Shown piece by piece: positions 57,205-64,000 of a DNA stretch of 64,000 bases. The DNA is taken from contig CBDCCI010000002.1 in the NCBI GenBank assembly GCA_965214705.1, forward strand, positions 2,528,001 through 2,592,000, given 5' to 3'. The notes under the pieces are model-generated. The model worked only from the letters and a program-made list of their open reading frames with translations. It made no database searches and was not told where the DNA came from. Each line of letters begins with the position of its first letter. Within the stretch, counting starts at the first letter, position 1. The stretch comes from Alphaproteobacteria bacterium. GTDB taxonomy: Bacteria > Pseudomonadota > Alphaproteobacteria > UBA828. The position numbers and the translations under genes were made by a program.

Positions 57205-59407
57205 CAGGGCGAATTTGTCCAAGCCTGATTTTTGAGTTCTGCGCTACGAGTTGACCTTGGGTCTGGTCAGCGCGCGCCAACCCTGCTATGGATTGAGGCG
57301 ACTGGATTCGCGGTGTTCTGCTGCGGATCGGCTTCGAGCAGGGGGACGGTTTCTACGGTGGATCTTTCCGAGGTCGATGTCGCTGCTGTCCGGCCGGAGG
57401 ACGAGGCCCGGTTCCGCGCGCTGATGGAGGGGCATCACTACCTGGGTGCGTCTGCGAAGGTGGGGGCGACGGCGTGGTACGTCGCCCATCGGCGCGGCGA
57501 GTGGCTGGCGCTGGCCGTGTTTTCGGCTGCGGCGCGCAAGTGCCGGGCGCGGGACGAGTGGATCGGCTGGGACTTCCGCACGCAGCACGGGCGGCTGCAT
57601 CTGATCGCGAACAACGCGCGCTTCCTGATCCTGCCGGGACGGGGTGTTCCGAACCTCGGCTCGCGGGTGCTGGGGCTTTGCGCGCGGCGCTTGGCGCGCG
57701 ACTGGCCGGCCCGCTTCGGCCACCCCGTGCTGATGCTGGAAACATTCGTGGACGCGGCGAGGTTCCGGGGCACGGTCTACCGGGCGGCTGGATGGCTGGC
57801 GGTCGGCCAGACCCGCGGCTTCCGGCGCCACCGCTCGGGCTATGTCGCCGGCTCGACGCCGAAGCTTGTGCTGCTGCGCCCCCTGGTTCCCGACGCCTGC
57901 CGCCGGCTGTCCGCTGCCGGGCTGGATCGGGAGTTGTGGAAGAAAGGAGTTCCGAGAACCATGATCAGCGCCGCTCAGCAAGAGTCGCTCTACGCCTACT
58001 TCAAGGACATCGACGACCCCCGCACGCGCAAGGGACGGCGGCATTCGCTGCCCAGCGTGCTCGCGCTTGCGAGTGGCGCGACGCTCTGCGGCATGCGAGG
58101 CTGGAAGGCCATGTCCGAGTGGGTCGACGATCTCGGCGAGAAGGCGCTGGCCCGCTTCGGCGTGCGGCTGCGCGACGGGGTGCGCCGGCCGCCTTCGATG
58201 TCGACCATCCGCAATGTGGTGATCCGGGTGGACCCGGACCAGTTGGACGAGGCGTTGCGCAAGTGGCAGGAGGCCCACGGCTCAGGCGACGCGGCGCTTG
58301 CCATCGACGGCAAGACCCTGAGGGGGGCCATCGACGAGGACGGGACCCAGGCTCATGTCATGAGCGCGGTCGGGCACGAGACCAAGGCCACGCTCGCCCA
58401 AAAAAACTTCTCCTGAAAGTCGGGGCCGACGAGGAGACAAAGCGCACCAACGAGATCGGCACCGTGACGGCGCTGGTGGACCTGATCCCGAACATCGCGG
58501 GCAAGACGGTCACGACGGACGCGCTGCTAACCCAGCGCAAGTTCGCCCGCTACCTGCTCGACCGGGGCGCGCACTTCATGTTCATCGTGAAAGGGAACCA
58601 GAAGACCATGCGGGACGATGTGACGCTGCTCTTCGAAGAGGCGCCGGAGCGTGAGCCTGACTTCGAGGAGGAGGCCGCGCTGTCGCACGGACGCATCGAG
58701 CAGCGGGCAATCTGGACGAGCACGGAGTTGAACGGCTTTCTCGACTTCCCGGGCGTCGGCCAGGTCTTCATGATCGAGCGCTCCCGCCAGGACAAGAAGA
58801 CCGGCGAGACCGGCACCGAGACCGCCTACGGGATCTCCAGCCACACGCCCGGCACGGCCAACGCGCAGAGCCTGCTCGCCCTCAACCGCGGCCACTGGTG
58901 CATCGAGAACAGCTCGCACCACTGCCTCGACTGGACCTGGGACGAGGACCGCAGCCGCATACGCACAGGCTTCGGCCCCGAGAACATGACCCGCCTGCGG
59001 CGCTTCGCCATCGGCCTGATCAAGGGCCGGGGGCTCGAGGTCGCCTCGACCGTGCGCAGGCTCGCCCGCAACGTCCGCGCCGTCCTCGACTTCCTGAAAA
59101 TGACCGGGAACACCCAGCCGAGGACCGCAAAGCGCGCCGCGCCGGCCTGAACCCCGGCGCCCGGCAAGCCGGGCGCAAAGATCGTACCTGCCCTCGCTCC
59201 CGACCACGCCGGTGGCGCGATCCATCATGTCGGGGCACCGCCAAATCGCGACGGCACCGCCCGCACCGCCCACACGGTAATGCCAGAACCCTCTGACCGA
59301 ACCGGATGCTCGGCCAGACCCCGCCGCAAACCCCGCAACAAAGCCGATCCGCACAACCCGTGGCCAGAACTCAACTGCCTACCAGCCGCTTGGACAAATT
59401 TGCCCTG
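57205..59407 (+). mobile_element. ISAs1 family IS carrying a DUF4338 (DruA-like) fused transposase (2203 bp)
   Basis: 20-bp IR CAGGGC(G/A)AATTTGTCCAAGC; 10-bp DR CGCTTGGAGG at 57195-57204 and 59408-59417. Confidence 0.94.
57358..59150 (+). CDS. DUF4338-ISAs1 transposase, two ORFs joined by a -1 frameshift at A7C (58400-58407)
   Basis: ORF1: HHYLG, RDEWIGW, NNARFLILP, ETFVD, GTVYRAAGW, then DPR..GRRH and IDGKTLRG; ORF2: TNEI, TDALLTQ, VKGNQ, HGRIE, RGHWCIEN, WDED. Confidence 0.88.
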
Positions 59408-59515
59408 CGCTTGGAGGATGCATGGCGTCGCGGGCACGTGGTATATAGTAGGGTACGGCGACAAACAGGTTCGACGGCACGGACCGCTCAATCGGAAGGA
59501 GCAAGGGAGGCTTCA

Positions 59516-61114
59516 ATGGGGATCAGGATCACGCGACGGCAGGCGCTGAAGACCGGCGCCGCAGGCCTAGTGCTCACCTCGCCGATCGGCATCGCACCCA
59601 AGTACATCCGTCCCGCGCGGGCGGCGGGCTTGGCGCCTGGGATGACCGGCGGCCCCACGGGCTTCCCGGGGGCCGAGCGCTATCAGTACAACGAGGACAT
59701 GCCCGAAGGGCGGGCCATCGAAGGCATCAAGAAGCTCAAGGCAGAGGGCAAGGCGCCTGAGAAGTTGAGCTTCCTGCTCTTCTCGGGAGCGATCGGCCAG
59801 TTCACCAAGCCCTTCCCGGAGGGCGCGCCGACCGTCCACGACGTGTGGAAGGAAGAGACCGGGATCGAGGTCGAGTTCAGCGGCTCTGGCGAAGTGGAGA
59901 TGGTGACCAAGGTTCTCCAGGACATCACCACCCAGGCCGGCGTCTACGACATCTATTCCGCGCTGTGGAGCAATGTCGGCGACCTCGTCGCCACCGGCGG
60001 CATCGTCAATCTGGACCCGTACGTCGAGCAGTATAAGCCCGACTGGAACGACCCCGAGCGCGGGGCACCGACTGCGGAGATCGCCGATCTTCTCTACAAG
60101 TATGCGGGCTCCTACTACACGATCTCCTTCGACGGGGACTTCCAGACCTGGGTCTACCGCAAGGACCTGTTCGAGGACCCCGAGAACGTGAAGGAGTTCA
60201 GCGACCGCTACGGCTGGGAGCTGGGCAAGCCGCAGACCTGGGAACACGCTGACAATATCGCCGAGTTCTTCGCCGAGAAGGGCATGAACGGAACCGTCAA
60301 TCTGTTCAGCCCGTTCTGGGGTCTGGGCACCTACTTCATGCGCTACGTGGGGCAGGACAATCCCAACTTCCAGTACTTCGACGACAACGGAAACCCGCTG
60401 CTCGAGACGGAGCTCGGCATCAAGACCGCCGAGGAGCACGTGAGAAGCCGGCAGTGGGCCAACAAGGATGCGCTCAGCTGGACCTGGTCCGAGGCTTACG
60501 GGAGCATGGCCCAAGGCACCGGCGTGATGATGAGCACCTATACCAACCTGCGGAAGTTCAACGACCGGATGAACGCCGACGGAACGCCCGCCACGCCTGC
60601 GTCGGGCAAGCTCGGCTCGTTCCTCCCGGTGGGCAATTGGTTCGGAGACGACCTGATCCGCCGCAGCGTGCTCTACCTCAACATCAACGCCGAGGTCTCG
60701 GCGCAGAGCGAGTATCCGGAGGCCGCCTATCTCTTCCTCCAGTGGGCGAGTTGCTCGCGCATCTTCAGCTGGATGTCGGGCAATCCGGCCGGCTACTTCG
60801 ATCCGTTCCAGAAGGCCAACTTCGACGATCCGTTGGTGCAGCAGACCTACCACAAGGACCACGTGGAGGTGATTCAGGAGACCATCAAGCGCTCCGCACC
60901 GACGATCAACTTCGCCGGCCAGTCCGCATTCGACAACGGCCTGGACGAGGAGTTGCAGCGCGCGCTGATCGGCGACATCACGCCCGAAGAGGCCATGAAG
61001 AACGCCTCCAAGAAATGGCGGAAGATCATCAAGAAGAAGGGCGAGGACAAGATGATCGAGGCCATCCGCGCGAGCAACAAGGCAGCCTGGCCGACCATCG
61101 TCGACAAGGCTTAG
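59516..61114 (+). CDS. ABC transporter substrate-binding protein (carbohydrate type), Tat-exported
   Basis: ITRRQALK signal, YRKDLF, PQTW, AAYLFLQW, TPEEAM. Confidence 0.87.
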   Translation: MGIRITRRQALKTGAAGLVLTSPIGIAPKYIRPARAAGLAPGMTGGPTGFPGAERYQYNEDMPEGRAIEGIKKLKAEGKAPEKLSFLLFSGAIGQFTKPFPEGAPTVHDVWKEETGIEVEFSGSGEVEMVTKVLQDITTQAGVYDIYSALWSNVGDLVATGGIVNLDPYVEQYKPDWNDPERGAPTAEIADLLYKYAGSYYTISFDGDFQTWVYRKDLFEDPENVKEFSDRYGWELGKPQTWEHADNIAEFFAEKGMNGTVNLFSPFWGLGTYFMRYVGQDNPNFQYFDDNGNPLLETELGIKTAEEHVRSRQWANKDALSWTWSEAYGSMAQGTGVMMSTYTNLRKFNDRMNADGTPATPASGKLGSFLPVGNWFGDDLIRRSVLYLNINAEVSAQSEYPEAAYLFLQWASCSRIFSWMSGNPAGYFDPFQKANFDDPLVQQTYHKDHVEVIQETIKRSAPTINFAGQSAFDNGLDEELQRALIGDITPEEAMKNASKKWRKIIKKKGEDKMIEAIRASNKAAWPTIVDKA

Positions 61115-61121
61115 AGCAGAC

Positions 61122-61159
61122 GGGCGACGGGCGGGCGCGCGCCGCCCGTCGCCCCTTTC
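61122..61159 (+). terminator. GC-rich hairpin between convergent genes
   Basis: GGGCGACGGGCGG / CCGCCCGTCGCCC 13-bp stem followed by TTTCT. Confidence 0.6.
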
Positions 61160-61165
61160 TCCGAA

Positions 61166-63574
61166 TCAGCGCGCGGCTCTTCCGCTCCGCCGGATCGCGG
61201 CCCAAATCCGATCCGGGCGGAGCGGTAGTTCGTCGATCTCCACACCGAAGGGCTGAAGCGCGTCCGAGACCGCGTTGGCGAGCGCCGCGGGCACCGGCCC
61301 CGGCAGCCCCTCGCCCGCACCGCGTGCGCCGAACGGGGTATAGGGGCAGGGAACGCCCGCGTGGGTCACGGTGATGGGCGGCACGTCGGGCGCGCGTGCG
61401 ATCTGGTAGGTCTCCAGGCTCGTGCTGAGCTGCTGCCCGTTCTCGTCGTAGACGAACTGCTCGAACATCGTGTTCGAGAGCCCCTGCACGACGGCGCCCT
61501 GCACCTGGCCCTCGATGATCTTGGGATTGATCACGACGCCGAAATCCTCCGACGTCACGTAGCGCTCGATGGTGAACTGGCCGGTCTCCGGATCGACCTC
61601 CACGATGGCGCCGTGGCAGGAGAAGCAAATCAGCGGCTTTTCTGCCTCGAAGAACGCCGTGTGCTCGAGGCCTCCGCTCTCATCCGGAGGCAGGTCTATG
61701 GGCCGCATGATGATCCGCTGCGTCATCTCCACGAATGAGCGCCGAATGTTGTCGTCCCTGGCGTAGACCACCTGCCCGTTCGCGAAGGTGAAATCTGCTG
61801 GCTCCGCGCCGACGAGGCTAAGATCGTGGATCATGAAGCGGCCGATCTTCTCCTTGAGGACTCGGCAAGCCACGGCGACGGCGCTCGCGGTGTAGGAGCC
61901 GGCGCGGGCGCCGATCGTGCCCGAGCCGAACGGGGTTTTTCCGGTGTCGCCGACGGTGACGACGATATCGTCGGGGTGGATGCCGAACTCGTTGGCGGCG
62001 ACCTGCGCCAGCATCGTCTCGTGGCCCTGACCGCCGGGCGCGTCGCCTTCGAACACGAATGCCTTGCCGTGCGGGTCGAGCCGCACAGTCGCCGCGCCAT
62101 AACCCGGCTGGTTCTCCATGGGGACCAGCACCTCGGACGCGACGCCCGAGGATTCGACGCCGACGCCGAAGCCGATTCCCAGATATTGTCCGCGTGCGCG
62201 CGCCGCGGCCTGCTCCTTGCGAAAGCCCTCCAGATCGAGCTGTTCCACGAGGTTCTCGAAGGTCTTGGCGAAATCGCCGCTGTCGTAATGCACGCCGGTG
62301 CAGATGACGTGGGGGAAGCGGCGCACGAAGTTGCGGCGCCGCACCTCCGCCGGCTCCATCCCGAGCGCCCGCGCAACCAGGTCGATGCACCGTTCCATGA
62401 CGAAGCGGGTCGGGAAGCGGCCGAAGGCACGTGCCGGAGAGAGCGAGGACTTGTTGGTCACAGCCACCCGGATGCTGATGTCGCAGGTCGGCAGATCATA
62501 CGCGTTGGGCAGATAGGCGGCACCCGTGAGCGGCATGACGTAGCCCCAGTAGACGCCGGAACACCCGTCGCCGGCATCTCCGAGCGCACGGTCGCGCACC
62601 GCCGTGATCCGCCCGTCGGCGGTGGCTGCGACCTCGATGTCGTGGGTCTGGTCGCGCTCCTGGCTCACGGCCATGAGGTGCTCCTCGCGCGACTCGATCC
62701 AGCGCACCGGGCGGGCGAGCATCCGCGCCATGTGACAGACCAGCGTTGGCTCCCGATAGAAGGGCGCCTTGACGCCGAACGCGCCGCCTTGATCGCGCGG
62801 CGCAATGACGCGAATTCGATGTGATGGGATGCGGAGCTGATCTGCCAGGGCCAGACGATCGATGTGCGGACGCTGGGTCGTGATCCACGCCGTGAGGTCG
62901 CCGTCGGGATCCCAGACCGCGAGCGCGCCACGAGTCTCGAGCGGTGTCACGCCGGTGCGGTGGACACGAAAGCGCCGCCGCACAACGACATCGGCTGCGT
63001 CGATCAGCCGCTGGACCTCCGCAGCGTTGCGCGCCTGGTCGGCCGGGTCATCGCCGCCCGTCAGCGTGCCGCCGAACATCAGGTTGTCGTCCCAGTCCTC
63101 GTGTACGAGAGGCGTGTCGGGCCCGAGCGCGGCCTCGGCGTCGACGACAGCCGGAAGCGGCTCGTACTCGATCTCGACCAGTTCGGCGGCGTCCTCCGCA
63201 ACGTAAGCGTCCCTCGCGACGATGGCAGCGACCGGCTCGCCGTGGAACTTCACCTTGTCGATGGCAAGCGGCCAGAAGGTCGGATAGCGGGCCGGGAACG
63301 CCGGCAGGACGACCGGCAGCGGCAACGGACGGATTTCGTCCTTGATGTCCTCGCCGGTGACCACCGCCACGACACCGGGCACGGCGCGGGCCTTGCTGAC
63401 GTCAATTGACAGGAGCCGGGCGTGGGCGTGCGCGCTGCGCACGAAGGCAAGGTGGAGCGTGCCCGGCACAGCCAGATCGGCGATGTAGCGGCCGCCGCCG
63501 GTGGTCAGACGAAAATCTTCTTTGCGCTCCAGGGGGTAACCCAGCCAGGGAGACTCGGTCCGGCTCTCGGACAT
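61166..63574 (-). CDS. xanthine dehydrogenase/CoxL-like molybdopterin-binding large subunit
   Basis: RKED..L..G.G.Y..D, TQRPH, GGAFGVK, GQGHET, GT.GAR, GQVQGA..QG, GAGE. Confidence 0.92.
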   Translation of the reverse strand: MSESRTESPWLGYPLERKEDFRLTTGGGRYIADLAVPGTLHLAFVRSAHAHARLLSIDVSKARAVPGVVAVVTGEDIKDEIRPLPLPVVLPAFPARYPTFWPLAIDKVKFHGEPVAAIVARDAYVAEDAAELVEIEYEPLPAVVDAEAALGPDTPLVHEDWDDNLMFGGTLTGGDDPADQARNAAEVQRLIDAADVVVRRRFRVHRTGVTPLETRGALAVWDPDGDLTAWITTQRPHIDRLALADQLRIPSHRIRVIAPRDQGGAFGVKAPFYREPTLVCHMARMLARPVRWIESREEHLMAVSQERDQTHDIEVAATADGRITAVRDRALGDAGDGCSGVYWGYVMPLTGAAYLPNAYDLPTCDISIRVAVTNKSSLSPARAFGRFPTRFVMERCIDLVARALGMEPAEVRRRNFVRRFPHVICTGVHYDSGDFAKTFENLVEQLDLEGFRKEQAAARARGQYLGIGFGVGVESSGVASEVLVPMENQPGYGAATVRLDPHGKAFVFEGDAPGGQGHETMLAQVAANEFGIHPDDIVVTVGDTGKTPFGSGTIGARAGSYTASAVAVACRVLKEKIGRFMIHDLSLVGAEPADFTFANGQVVYARDDNIRRSFVEMTQRIIMRPIDLPPDESGGLEHTAFFEAEKPLICFSCHGAIVEVDPETGQFTIERYVTSEDFGVVINPKIIEGQVQGAVVQGLSNTMFEQFVYDENGQQLSTSLETYQIARAPDVPPITVTHAGVPCPYTPFGARGAGEGLPGPVPAALANAVSDALQPFGVEIDELPLRPDRIWAAIRRSGRAAR

Positions 63575-63617
63575 GGCGCCCCTCCTCTGGATTTGCGATA
63601 ATGCACGCGACACCACG

Positions 63618-64000
63618 GTGAGCGTTTGGATGCCCTTGTCGAATCGCTTCGTGTACGAAGGGCTACGCTATCTTGCCATACTCTTTGCGATCGTAATCGC
63701 GCTGATACCGATCGCCTGGATGGCAACGATGGCGTTCAAGCCGGTGGCGGAGTGGACGACCGCCATCGCCGACGTCACGTGGCTGCCCAAGAATCCCACG
63801 CTCGGCAATTTCGAGTACATCTTCACCGGCGAGACGGAAGAGGTCATCGTCACGCTGGACCGCATCGCGATCCGCCCGATTCTGTCGAGCCTGCTGATCG
63901 CGTCGTTCGGAACGCTGATCGCGGTCTTCGCCGGCACGCTCGGCGCCTACGGGGTGTCGCGCTTTGCGGTCGGCCGCAACCTGCCTCTCGGCGTCCTTCA
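63618..64000 (+). CDS. carbohydrate ABC permease (MalG-like), runs off the window
   Basis: PIAWMATMAFKP, WLP.NPTLGNF, SLLIA, GTLGAYG.SRF; no stop before the window end. Confidence 0.85.
   Translation, partial: MSVWMPLSNRFVYEGLRYLAILFAIVIALIPIAWMATMAFKPVAEWTTAIADVTWLPKNPTLGNFEYIFTGETEEVIVTLDRIAIRPILSSLLIASFGTLIAVFAGTLGAYGVSRFAVGRNLPLGVL

Noticed and set aside
57358-57960. Complete Druantia defence system
   Set aside because: Only the DruA-like domain, inside an IS; no druB-E or large helicase
61166-63574. Aerobic CO dehydrogenase (coxL)
   Set aside because: Lacks the Cu-binding AYxCSFR loop and coxM/S neighbours

Overview
GC-rich bacterial chromosome segment, most likely Alphaproteobacteria (thiE-efp-suhB block, Rhodospirillales-like gene content; this is inference). 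It is dominated by catabolic genes: beta-oxidation and CoA chemistry, an apparently complete creatinine to N-methylhydantoin to N-carbamoylsarcosine to sarcosine route, ABC transporters, an amidase/deacetylase/CobW block and a molybdoenzyme. It also has a tRNA-Gly(CCC), two TA pairs and an orphan AbrB-type antitoxin. Four mobile elements can be delimited to the base: an IS5/IS1182-like IS, an IS66, an integrase+IS91-type element nested in the IS66 tnpA, and a DUF4338(DruA)-fused ISAs1 with a -1 frameshift site. The most striking signal absent from the ORF track is a ~350-nt leader at 54088-54472. It holds a sigma70-like promoter, a P4-less SAM-I-type riboswitch and a 21-aa Cys-rich uORF (MMTLCAQPFAPPGAASCCVCT), in front of a single-Cys OsmC gene and a flavin monooxygenase gene. 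This looks like a two-input (SAM + cysteine) sulfur-sensing switch on an uncharacterised enzyme pair. All calls are by eye; no database searches were run.
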